From NCBI GenBank assembly GCA_050949565.1, contig JBMNFY010000010.1, positions 192,001-256,000 on the forward strand: a DNA stretch of 64,000 nucleotides. The letters are read 5' to 3'. Under the pieces are notes generated by a model. It was not told the DNA's origin. It worked only from the letters and a program-made list of their open reading frames with translations, and did not search any database. Source of the stretch: Kiritimatiellia bacterium. Lineage in GTDB: Bacteria; Verrucomicrobiota; Kiritimatiellia; RFP12; UBA1067. Position 1 is the first letter of the stretch. The number at the start of each line of letters is the position of its first letter. Both the position numbers and the translations under genes were made by a program. Shown here piece by piece: positions 1 to 8,698 of this stretch.

Positions 1-10
1 CGTTGGACGC

Positions 11-946
11 TTGATGACCAACCGCTATGTCTATGCCCGCGAGGAGTGGACCGTCGCCAGAACGTTGGAACAAATCCGCGCTATGGGCAATGATTCGGAA
101 ACCGTCATGATGATCTACATCATCGACGAGCGCGGTGTTCTGGTGGACGATTTGCTGTTGCGCAAACTGATTCTGGCCGATCCAGAGACACCCATATCTT
201 CTTTAATGGATCGTCAGTATGTGGCGCTGCACTCCTTGCAAGACCGCGAAGAGGCGGTCATGGTGTTCAAGAAATATGACCTGTACGCCCTTCCGGTCGT
301 CGATTCGGAAGGCGTGTTGCTGGGAATCGTCACGAACGACGACATCCTCGACGTCTCCGAAGAAGAGGCTACCGAAGACATCCACAAGGGCGTGGCCATC
401 ACGCCTTTGAGCGCGGGCTATCTCAGAACTTCGCTTTCCGTGCTGTACCGTAGCCGTTTGCCGTGGCTGGTGACGTTGGTATTCGTGAATATCTTCTCCG
501 GCGCGGGTATCGCGTACTTCGACACGTTGATCGGATCGTTCGTGGCGCTGGTTTTCTTCTTGCCGTTGCTGATCGCCAGCGGTGGCAACGCCGGCGCGCA
601 ATCCGCCACGCTGGTCATCCGCGGCATGGCCCTCGGCGAATTGACGCTGAAGGATTTCATGAAGGTCTTGTGGCGTGAAATCGTGGTTTCGCTGAGCCTC
701 GGGCTTTCGATGTCGGCGGCGGTGTTCTTTCTGGCTTGGTGGCGCGGCGGCCTACGTATCGGCGTGGTGGCGGCGATCTCCATGACTCTGATCGTGGTGT
801 GTGGTAGTTTGATTGGCATGACCCTGCCGTTCATCCTACGCAAACTCAAGATTGACCCCGCTGTGGCCAGCAGTCCGCTGGTGACCTCGCTGGCCGACAT
901 CCTGGGAGTGTTCATCTATCTGGGCATCGCTTCCGCGCTGCTCTAA
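11..946 (+). CDS. mgtE: Magnesium transporter MgtE (5' end truncated by window edge)
   Basis: CBS-pair region (YDLYALPVVDSEGVLLGIVT), then membrane domain with SGGNAGAQSAT and DPAVASSPLVTSLAD motifs. Confidence 0.93.
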   Translation: MMTNRYVYAREEWTVARTLEQIRAMGNDSETVMMIYIIDERGVLVDDLLLRKLILADPETPISSLMDRQYVALHSLQDREEAVMVFKKYDLYALPVVDSEGVLLGIVTNDDILDVSEEEATEDIHKGVAITPLSAGYLRTSLSVLYRSRLPWLVTLVFVNIFSGAGIAYFDTLIGSFVALVFFLPLLIASGGNAGAQSATLVIRGMALGELTLKDFMKVLWREIVVSLSLGLSMSAAVFFLAWWRGGLRIGVVAAISMTLIVVCGSLIGMTLPFILRKLKIDPAVASSPLVTSLADILGVFIYLGIASALL

Positions 947-1052
947 CGCGGGCGAAGCCCGAAATCCAATCTCACACAAAGGCACAAAGGACAAAAGGTT
1001 TTTTGGAGTGCTGCTCGTTTTTTTCTCACAGTGACACAGAAGGCACAGAGGT

Positions 1053-1075
1053 GTGGCACGGGCATCTTGCCCGTG
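1053..1075 (+). repeat. Single REP palindrome (GTGG foot + CACGGGC-ATCTT-GCCCGTG)
   Basis: Same unit recurs at many loci in the window. Confidence 0.85.
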
Positions 1076-1309
1076 TTTCAACGGAGAACCTTTATGGACA
1101 ATAGGTCGGGATGGGCATGCCTGGCGCCCAGCTCGTTCTCGGCGGTCCGGGACGTCCCGCCGTACTGTGCTGGCGTGAAACGCGCCATACGCTCAACGCT
1201 CAACGTTCAAGAGAAAATCCAAAAAACGGAACCTTGATTTCCGTGCCGAAAAGACGTATTGTTCGTGGGGTCTTTGGCCGGGTAAGCGTTAAACTTTCAG
1301 AGGTGCGAC

Positions 1310-2791
1310 ATGGGCGGTTTTTTTGGTGTGGTGTCGAAAGAAGATTGTGTGACGGATTTGTTTTTCGGAACCGACTATCATTCGCACTTGGGCACCATGC
1401 GCGGCGGCATGGCGGTCTTCTCGGGCAAGGGGTTCCAGCGGTCGATCCACGACATCTCAAATTCGCAGTTCCGATCCAAGTTTGACAATGAGTTCAAGCG
1501 CTTTGAAGGTCAGGCGGGGATCGGCGTCATCAGCGACAATGAAGACCAGCCGTTGATTATCTCTTCGCATCTGGGAGTTTATGCCATTGCGACGGTGGGG
1601 ATCGTCACCAATCTCAAGCCGCTGGTGAAGGAACTTTACGCTACACACGCCGCGCAATTTTCAGAGATGAGCCGCGGCGGGATCAATCCCACTGAGTTAA
1701 TCGCTACGCTGATCAATTCGCAAGCCACTCTGGCCGAAGGCGTACGGTACGCGCAACAAAAAATTGAGGGCTCGTGTTCGTTGCTGATCCTGACCCTTAA
1801 GGGGGAACTGTATGCGGCGCGCGATCGATTCGGGCGCACACCGGTCGTCATTGGTCAGAAAGTGGGGGCGGTGGCCGTTGCCCTGGAGTCGTGTTGCTTC
1901 CCCAACTTGGGATATACCATCACCCGTGAGTTGGGACCCGGCGAAATGGTGCTGTGTACACCCGATGGGGTGGAAACCGTGCTGCCAGCGGGGGAGCAGA
2001 TGGCGATCTGTTCATTCTTGTGGATCTACTTTGGCTATCCGCCGTCAACCTACGAAGGGCGGAACGTGGAGATGGCGCGCTACCGCTGCGGCGGCGCGCT
2101 GGCGCGCCGTAATCCTGTCGAGGCCGACTCCGTGGGCGGTGTGCCGGACTCAGGTGTGGCGCATGCCTTGGGGTATGCGGTCGAGGCGGGCATCCGCTAT
2201 TCGCGGCCGTTTGTGAAATATACCCCGACCTGGCCGCGCAGCTTTATGCCGCCAGATCCGAAAGCACGCGAGTTGATCGCACAGATGAAGCTCATTCCCG
2301 TGCCGGGGCTGATCCAGGGGAAGCGGCTGGTTTTTTGTGATGACTCGATCGTGCGCGGTACGCAGCTCATTGAGCAGGCCAAACGGCTTTATGACGACGG
2401 TGCGAAAGAGATCCACATGCGTATCGCGTGTCCGCCGTTGCTTTACCAGTGCCGCTTTCTCAATTTCTCGCGGGCTAAAAATGAGCTGGATCTGGCCACG
2501 CGCCGCTTCATCCGCGAGATCGAAGGTGACAACGCGGACATCGCGGCATACCGTGATCCGGATGGCGCTCCGTACCAGGAGATGGTCGGGCGCATCCGGC
2601 AGCGGCTGGGGCTCAGTTCACTGGCCTACCAGCGGATTGACGACCTGGTGGAGGCGATCGGTCTGCCGCGCGACAAGCTTTGCACCTACTGCTGGACCGG
2701 CGAGGATGTCGCAAAGCCCAATGGCTGCACGCACGGTTGTACACATTGCCCGTCGCCGTGCGCCGCGAAGTCCGTTACGCCCGCTCAGTAA
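1310..2791 (+). CDS. purF: Amidophosphoribosyltransferase-family protein (N-terminal Cys replaced by Gly)
   Basis: Ntn-like N-domain (AARDRFGRTP), PRPP-binding motif LVFCDDSIVRGT, C-terminal LCTYCWTG. Confidence 0.88.
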   Translation: MGGFFGVVSKEDCVTDLFFGTDYHSHLGTMRGGMAVFSGKGFQRSIHDISNSQFRSKFDNEFKRFEGQAGIGVISDNEDQPLIISSHLGVYAIATVGIVTNLKPLVKELYATHAAQFSEMSRGGINPTELIATLINSQATLAEGVRYAQQKIEGSCSLLILTLKGELYAARDRFGRTPVVIGQKVGAVAVALESCCFPNLGYTITRELGPGEMVLCTPDGVETVLPAGEQMAICSFLWIYFGYPPSTYEGRNVEMARYRCGGALARRNPVEADSVGGVPDSGVAHALGYAVEAGIRYSRPFVKYTPTWPRSFMPPDPKARELIAQMKLIPVPGLIQGKRLVFCDDSIVRGTQLIEQAKRLYDDGAKEIHMRIACPPLLYQCRFLNFSRAKNELDLATRRFIREIEGDNADIAAYRDPDGAPYQEMVGRIRQRLGLSSLAYQRIDDLVEAIGLPRDKLCTYCWTGEDVAKPNGCTHGCTHCPSPCAAKSVTPAQ

Positions 2792-3552
2792 CCGATCTTG
2801 AAATCGATACACTCGGCGGGGATGTCGAAGTGGCGCTTGACCAGCGCGGCGAGCGCCCGGACGCCAAAAATCTCCGTGGCGTAATGGCCGGCAAACACGA
2901 TGTTCTGTCCTAGGTTTTCGGCCAGATTGTACCCTTGCAGGCTAGGTTCGCCGGTGAGGAAGACGTCACAGCCGAGCGCGGCCGCTTGATCGAGCATGTC
3001 GGCGGCACCGCCGGACACCACGCCGACGCGACGCACACGGTCTCCGCCGAAGTTCGCAACGCGCAGTTCAGGAGTGACCTCTTTCCGCACGCGCTCACAA
3101 AAATCTTCCAAGCTCAGCGGCGTGTCGTAGGTGCCCGTGAACCCAATTGTGTTGCTACCACGGTAGTAGAAGGCCGGCGCAAGATCGCCCAAGCCCAGTG
3201 CTTTGCAGAGCTGCGCGTTATTGCCATAGCAGGGATGCGCATCCAGTGGCAGGTGCGCCGCGTAGAGGGCGATGTTGTGCTGAATGGCAAAGGCCACGAT
3301 CCGGTGGTTGAGTCCCGTGATCCGTTTCAGCGAATCGCCCCAACTGATTCCATGGTGGCAGATCACGCAGTCCGCGCCGCATTGCGCCGCTTCGCGGAGC
3401 AGCCGCATGCTGGCATCGACACCTGTGACCACGCGCGTGACCGTTCCCGCGTTTGCGATCTGCAAACCATTGTTCGAGACATCCTGAAATGTTGAACATT
3501 CCAGCGTGTCGTCCAATAGTGAAACAAGATCATCCAGTGCAATTTTTTTCAT
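2785..3552 (-). CDS. Nif3-like dinuclear metal centre protein (YbgI/DUF34)
   Basis: NGLQ, CHHG, HLPLDAH and AGHYATE motifs. Confidence 0.92.
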   Translation of the reverse strand: MKKIALDDLVSLLDDTLECSTFQDVSNNGLQIANAGTVTRVVTGVDASMRLLREAAQCGADCVICHHGISWGDSLKRITGLNHRIVAFAIQHNIALYAAHLPLDAHPCYGNNAQLCKALGLGDLAPAFYYRGSNTIGFTGTYDTPLSLEDFCERVRKEVTPELRVANFGGDRVRRVGVVSGGAADMLDQAAALGCDVFLTGEPSLQGYNLAENLGQNIVFAGHYATEIFGVRALAALVKRHFDIPAECIDFKIGY

Positions 3553-3567
3553 AGTTCTATCCTCTCC

Positions 3568-3828
3568 GTGGCATGGGCGTCCCGCCCATGACAGCGTGTC
3601 TTGCGCTCTCTGGTTTTACCCGCAGATTTACGCGCGAAGTGTTTTTTGGGGGCACTGCCGGGACTGCGGGGACTGCGGGTGGTGGCGGCGCGGCGCGCCG
3701 CCGCGGGCAAGCAGACGCTTGCCCCTCCCGGCGCTCCGCGATCCCGGATGCCGTACACATTCACCGCGCAGCGGTTCGCGTGCATGGACGGCCACGCCCA
3801 TGAAACACGGGCAAGATGCCCGTGCCAC
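3568..3828. repeat. REP at 3568-3590 and degenerate REP doublet at ~3780-3828
   Basis: GTGGCATGGGCGTCCCGCCCATG and CACGGGCAAGATGCCCGTGCCAC units. Confidence 0.8.
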
Positions 3829-3863
3829 CCCTCTGCGTCTCTGCGTCTCTGCGTTAAAAAATT

Positions 3864-4919
3864 TCAACTTTCAACGCTCACTCTTCTCGCATGCCCCGGC
3901 CCCGTGCCGATTTCACGGCCCAAGGCGAGCAGCCGCTGGCGTACACGCAACACGCACTCTTCGCCCTCTTCGTCCACGTCCGGCTTGTTGGGGTAGAGCG
4001 CGTACTGTGTCCGATATTTACCGGGGGTGAGATTCGGCATGAAAACGTTGGCGCCACGAGTGAGGACAAGGTTCCGCCCGTCCTGTTCCAAGGCGTCGAA
4101 CGCCGTCGTGGCCGGGATGTGCGCGTATGGATTCAGCAGGCGCAGCAGCGCGATGGTTTTGTAATACATGCTGCGGTCTTCCAAAAGCGGCTTGCCGGCC
4201 AACGGCGTGTCGGGATGCGCGAGGAATGGGCCGCACCCGATCATGTCCAGTTTCAATTCGGTCGCAAAGAGGATGTCGTTGGCGATCATCTCGGCCGTGG
4301 AGCCCGGCAGTCCGATCATGAAACCGCTGCCCACCTGATAGCCGAGTTCGCGCAGATCGTTCAGGCAGCGGATGCGTTGCAGGAAAGATTCATCGGGGTG
4401 GAGCGCAGAGAACAGCGCGTTGGATGTTGTCTCGAAACGCAGCAGATAACGGTCGCACCCGGCTGACTTGATCAGCGCCAGCTCATCGCGAGTGCGCACA
4501 CCGACGCCAAGCGTCACGGCTAAGCCGGTCTCGTTCTTGATCTGGCGCACGATATCGCTCAACAACTCGGCCGTGTAAAAAGAGTCGACGCCGGATTGCA
4601 GGACAACCGTACCGCAGCCCCAACGCTTAGCGTGACGGGCGATATCAAGAATCTGATCCTGACTCATCCGATAACGTTCGATCTGCTTGTTTTCGCAACG
4701 AATGCCGCAATACCAGCAGTTGTTTTTACACACGTTTGAGAATTCGATAATGCCGCGCAGGTGTACGACATACCCCATCACGCGCTGGCATAATGTGTTG
4801 GCGGCCTGATAAATGAGGTCGCAGGCTTTGCCTTGCGCGTTCAAGAGCGTGGCGAGTTCGGGCGCTGTGGGCCGTTCGCCGGCTTGGAGACGGATCAGCA
4901 GATCTTGCGTGAGCTTCAT
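3864..4919 (-). CDS. hydE: [FeFe]-hydrogenase maturase HydE-like radical SAM protein
   Basis: LRGIIEFSNVCKNNCWYC (CxxxCxxC), YLLRFET, GSGFMIGLPG, GANVFMPNLTP..YALYP. Confidence 0.85.
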   Translation of the reverse strand: MKLTQDLLIRLQAGERPTAPELATLLNAQGKACDLIYQAANTLCQRVMGYVVHLRGIIEFSNVCKNNCWYCGIRCENKQIERYRMSQDQILDIARHAKRWGCGTVVLQSGVDSFYTAELLSDIVRQIKNETGLAVTLGVGVRTRDELALIKSAGCDRYLLRFETTSNALFSALHPDESFLQRIRCLNDLRELGYQVGSGFMIGLPGSTAEMIANDILFATELKLDMIGCGPFLAHPDTPLAGKPLLEDRSMYYKTIALLRLLNPYAHIPATTAFDALEQDGRNLVLTRGANVFMPNLTPGKYRTQYALYPNKPDVDEEGEECVLRVRQRLLALGREIGTGPGHARRVSVES

Positions 4920-4963
4920 GATTCTCCTGAATTGTGGCTAGGGGTCCGTATGTCGAGAGTCGG

Positions 4964-7900
4964 TTAACTGTATGCCCGTGCACGTGACCAATTCCGCTCG
5001 GGACGCTTTTCCTTGTAGATGTCTTGCTTGGCGATGAAGCGAATGCCCTTGCGCCCGAGCAACTTTTCCGCTCCGGCTACAAAGCTCGGTGACGGATCAA
5101 CCAGAAAGGTCTGTCCGGACTGGATCAGGACGCGCCGTTTGTCCGGATAGATCAGACAGATCAGTAGGGGGATCGTGCCCGGATGCGATGCAACAAGGTC
5201 ACGCAGGGCACCGAGACGCTTGGTGGTGTTGGCGTCGGCCAGGATGCCGGCGACGATCTTCGCGCAAAAATGGCGTGGGGCATCGAGCAGCGGATAGACC
5301 TCACGTGCGATGATTTTGGCGGGCTCGTCGCGCTTGGAGAGTGTGCCGCACACCAAAACGGGTTGGTCAGGCACGCAAGCGCCTTCATACTTCTTGAACG
5401 CTTCGGAAAAGACCAGCGTCTCCATGCTGGTTTCGCCGTCATCCAGCACCAGCACGGCCCATGCTTCTTTTGATTGTTTGCTGATGCGCCGCGTTACCGA
5501 GGCAGCCATGCCGGCCACGCGCACATCGAAGTCATTTTTGGCGGAGGCGGCTTTGGCTAGGGACGTCGTCTGGATATCCTTGATGATGCGGCGGTAGCGG
5601 GTCAACGGATGGCCGGTCATGTAGATGCCGAGCAATTCGCGTTCGTACGTCAGGTTTTCCTTTTCGCTCCAAGGGTCACATTCGGGCAGATGGTTGGGGG
5701 CGGCGGAACCGGCGTCATGGTCGTCGAGCATCTCGAAAAGATTGCGTTGTCCGCTCTCCTGTTCGCGCAGCCGTTCGGCGGCGTTGGCAAACGCGAAGTT
5801 GATGGCGTTGAAAAGCCGTGCACGGTGCATGCCGAACCCATCCATCGCACCGCTTTTGATCAGCGCTTCCACAACGCGCTTGTTGACGACGCCGGGGTCG
5901 AGCCGCTGGCAGAAGTCGATCAGTCCCGTGAAGGGGCCGTTGGCCTTGCGTTCAGCTACGACGGCCTGCGCGGCGCACGCGCCGACGCTCTTAATGCCGG
6001 CCAGGCCGAAACGGATGTTGCCGTCTTCAGGGACAAAGCGGTCGAGACTGTGGTTCACGTCCGGCGGCAGAACGGTGAGACCCATTTCGCCAGCCTCCGA
6101 GACGAACCCAGGGAGCTTGTCGAAGTTGCCGATTTCCGACGAGATTTGCGCACACATAAACTCGGCGGGGTAGTGGGCCTTCAGGTAAGCGGTTTGGTAG
6201 GAGACCACACCGTACGCGGCGGCATGCGACTTGTTGAATCCGTAGTTGGCAAACTCGGTCATCGTGTCGAAGATCTTGTTGGCCAATCCGGCAGGCATGT
6301 CGCTGGTTTTCGCGCACCCCTCCACAAAGGCCGGGCGCTCTTTGGCCATGACCTCGGGCTTCTTCTTGCACATCGCACGGCGCAGCAGGTCGGCGTGGCC
6401 CAGCGAATAGCCGGCCAGCGACTGCGAGGCGCGTTGGACCTGTTCCTGATAGACAAAGATACCGTAGGTCTCTTTGAGTGTCGCCTCCAGTTTGGGATGG
6501 TCGTACACGATTGGCTCTTTGCCGTCCTTGCGGGCGATGTAACGCGGGATGTTGGCCATCGGACCGGGGCGGTAGAGCGCGGTCACCGCGATAATGTCCT
6601 CAATGCGGTTGGGCCGCAGTTCCGTCAGGACACGGCGCATGCCGCCGGATTCAAACTGGAATACGCCGACGGTGTCGCCACGCTGAAAAAGCTTAAAGGT
6701 TTTTTCGTCATCGAAGCGATTGAATTCCGGCGAGTTGAGGTCAAGGTCGATGCCGTGAACCAGCTTTACCAGATCGACGGCCTCCTGAATGACGGTCAGG
6801 GTTTTCAGCCCCAAGAAGTCCATCTTGAGCAAGCCGACCTCTGCGACTGCTTCTTTCGCGTATTGGGTGACGGGTTTTCCATCCTTATCACGTGCGAGCG
6901 GAATGATCTCGATCAACGGCTTGTCGCCGATCACGACGCCGGCCGCGTGTACCCCAGTGTTGCGATAGAAACCCTCCAATAGCCCGGCGTACTGCATGAT
7001 ACGCCGCAGGTCGGGATCGACCCGGCAGAGGGCACCGAACTCGGGATTCTCTTCTTTGGCCTTCTCCAGAGTAATTTTCGGATCATCAGGAATCAGTTTA
7101 CAGAAAGCGTTGGATTTATTGAGCGGGATCTCCAGCACGCGCGCGATGTCGCGGATCACCGTTTTGGCACCGAGCTGTCCATACGTCACGATCTGTGCGA
7201 CACGGTCCTCGCCGTATTTCTGCGTGACGTACTCAATCGTCTTGCTGCGGTTGGCCTGACAAAAGTCGATATCGAAGTCAGGGGGTGAGATGCGTTCCGG
7301 ATTTAAAAAGCGCTCGAAAATCAGGTCGAAGCGGATCGGATCAAGCTGCGTGATGTCCAGCGAGTAGGCCAGCAACGAGCCGGCGCCCGAACCGCGACCG
7401 GGGCCAACAGGCACCCCGTTGTTGCGCGACCATTTGACGAAATCAGAGACGACGAGAAAGTAGTTGATAAAGCCGGTCTTTTGGATCACACCCACTTCGT
7501 AATCGAAGCGTTCGACCAACTGCTTTTCGTCATCGTTTTTGGGCTGGTCGTAGTCTAAGCCGTAATGACGGCGCAGTCCGTCTTTGCCGAGATGGATCAG
7601 GTAGTCGAGATCGGATCCTTGCCAGTCATCCGGCAACTGGAACTCAGGGAAGTGCAGGCTCTCGGCGCTCCCGTCGGAGAAGGTCAGCTCCACATTGCAG
7701 CGGTCGGCAATCTCTTGGGTGAGATCAAAGGCTTCGACCTCGCCCGGAAAACGCTTCTCAAGCTCCTCGCGCGATTTAAAGTAAAACTCATTGGAGTCAT
7801 AGCGCATGTGATTGGGATCGCTCATCACGGTATTGGTCTGGATGCAGAGCATCACCTCATGAGCTTCGGCGTGGCTTTGGTGGAGATAGTGCACGTCGTT

Positions 7901-8512
7901 CGTGATCACCGCCTTGAGGCCGGTTCGTTTGCGCAACTCTCGCACGCCTTCGTTGATCGTCCGCTGTTCCGACATCCCGTGATCTTGCATCTCAAGGTAG
8001 AAATTGTCGGGGCCGAAAATTTCCATGTGCTCGCGCGCGACGCGCTCGGCTTCATTGAGGTTGTTTTCCAGCAGGTGCGAGTTGACCTCTCCCTTGACGC
8101 AAGCTGCCAGACCGATCAACCCTTCCGAATGGGCGCGCAAGGTCTCTTTGTCGATACGGGGCTTGTAATAAAACCCCTCCATGTGCGCGATCGTGTTGAT
8201 TTTAGCAAGATTGTGGTAACCGACATTGTTTTTTGCCAGTAGCACAAGATGGTGGTAGGGCAGAGTGTGGTCGCGTGTTGTCCGTGGGGCGTTGGCTAAG
8301 ATGTAGACCTCGCATCCGATCACCGGCTTGATGCCGTGCTCGTGACAGGTCTTGTAAAATTCGATTGTGCCATACATCACACCGTGGTCGGTCATCGCGA
8401 TGGCGGTCATGCCTAGTTCCTTGGCGCGTTTGACGAGTGGCGTGATGTGACAGGCGCCGTCGAGCAGGCTGTATTTGGTGTGCAGGTGAAGATGGACAAA
8501 AGGTTTTGACAT
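4964..8512 (-). CDS. dnaE: DNA polymerase III alpha subunit
   Basis: PHP motif FVHLHLHTKYSLLDG, GPGRGSGAGS, PDFDIDF, GLLKMDFLGL, YGFNKSHA; start placed at ATG 8512 (MSKPF). Confidence 0.97.
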   Translation of the reverse strand: MSKPFVHLHLHTKYSLLDGACHITPLVKRAKELGMTAIAMTDHGVMYGTIEFYKTCHEHGIKPVIGCEVYILANAPRTTRDHTLPYHHLVLLAKNNVGYHNLAKINTIAHMEGFYYKPRIDKETLRAHSEGLIGLAACVKGEVNSHLLENNLNEAERVAREHMEIFGPDNFYLEMQDHGMSEQRTINEGVRELRKRTGLKAVITNDVHYLHQSHAEAHEVMLCIQTNTVMSDPNHMRYDSNEFYFKSREELEKRFPGEVEAFDLTQEIADRCNVELTFSDGSAESLHFPEFQLPDDWQGSDLDYLIHLGKDGLRRHYGLDYDQPKNDDEKQLVERFDYEVGVIQKTGFINYFLVVSDFVKWSRNNGVPVGPGRGSGAGSLLAYSLDITQLDPIRFDLIFERFLNPERISPPDFDIDFCQANRSKTIEYVTQKYGEDRVAQIVTYGQLGAKTVIRDIARVLEIPLNKSNAFCKLIPDDPKITLEKAKEENPEFGALCRVDPDLRRIMQYAGLLEGFYRNTGVHAAGVVIGDKPLIEIIPLARDKDGKPVTQYAKEAVAEVGLLKMDFLGLKTLTVIQEAVDLVKLVHGIDLDLNSPEFNRFDDEKTFKLFQRGDTVGVFQFESGGMRRVLTELRPNRIEDIIAVTALYRPGPMANIPRYIARKDGKEPIVYDHPKLEATLKETYGIFVYQEQVQRASQSLAGYSLGHADLLRRAMCKKKPEVMAKERPAFVEGCAKTSDMPAGLANKIFDTMTEFANYGFNKSHAAAYGVVSYQTAYLKAHYPAEFMCAQISSEIGNFDKLPGFVSEAGEMGLTVLPPDVNHSLDRFVPEDGNIRFGLAGIKSVGACAAQAVVAERKANGPFTGLIDFCQRLDPGVVNKRVVEALIKSGAMDGFGMHRARLFNAINFAFANAAERLREQESGQRNLFEMLDDHDAGSAAPNHLPECDPWSEKENLTYERELLGIYMTGHPLTRYRRIIKDIQTTSLAKAASAKNDFDVRVAGMAASVTRRISKQSKEAWAVLVLDDGETSMETLVFSEAFKKYEGACVPDQPVLVCGTLSKRDEPAKIIAREVYPLLDAPRHFCAKIVAGILADANTTKRLGALRDLVASHPGTIPLLICLIYPDKRRVLIQSGQTFLVDPSPSFVAGAEKLLGRKGIRFIAKQDIYKEKRPERNWSRARAYS

Positions 8513-8659
8513 GTCAGCGGATCGGGCGTGCAGGGTGACGTGACAAGGGGCAGTGGCACGCCCTAGACACACCCCCCGTACGGCGACAAATCATACCAAA
8601 TTTGACCGTCGTAACGGAAGCCGAAAGCTCGGGGACGGCGATTCCGGAGCGCAGAGATA

Positions 8660-8690
8660 GGCAGGGCGATCTCGGTGAGACCGCCCTGCC
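8660..8690. repeat. GC-rich palindrome just downstream of the giant gene (REP-like or terminator)
   Basis: GGCAGGGCGATCTC-GGT-GAGACCGCCCTGCC, 14-bp stem with 1 mismatch. Confidence 0.5.
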
Positions 8691-8698
8691 GGTCAACG

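Noticed and set aside
4964-8512. Intein or split in dnaE
   Set aside because: Normal length, continuous motifs, no insertion seen.
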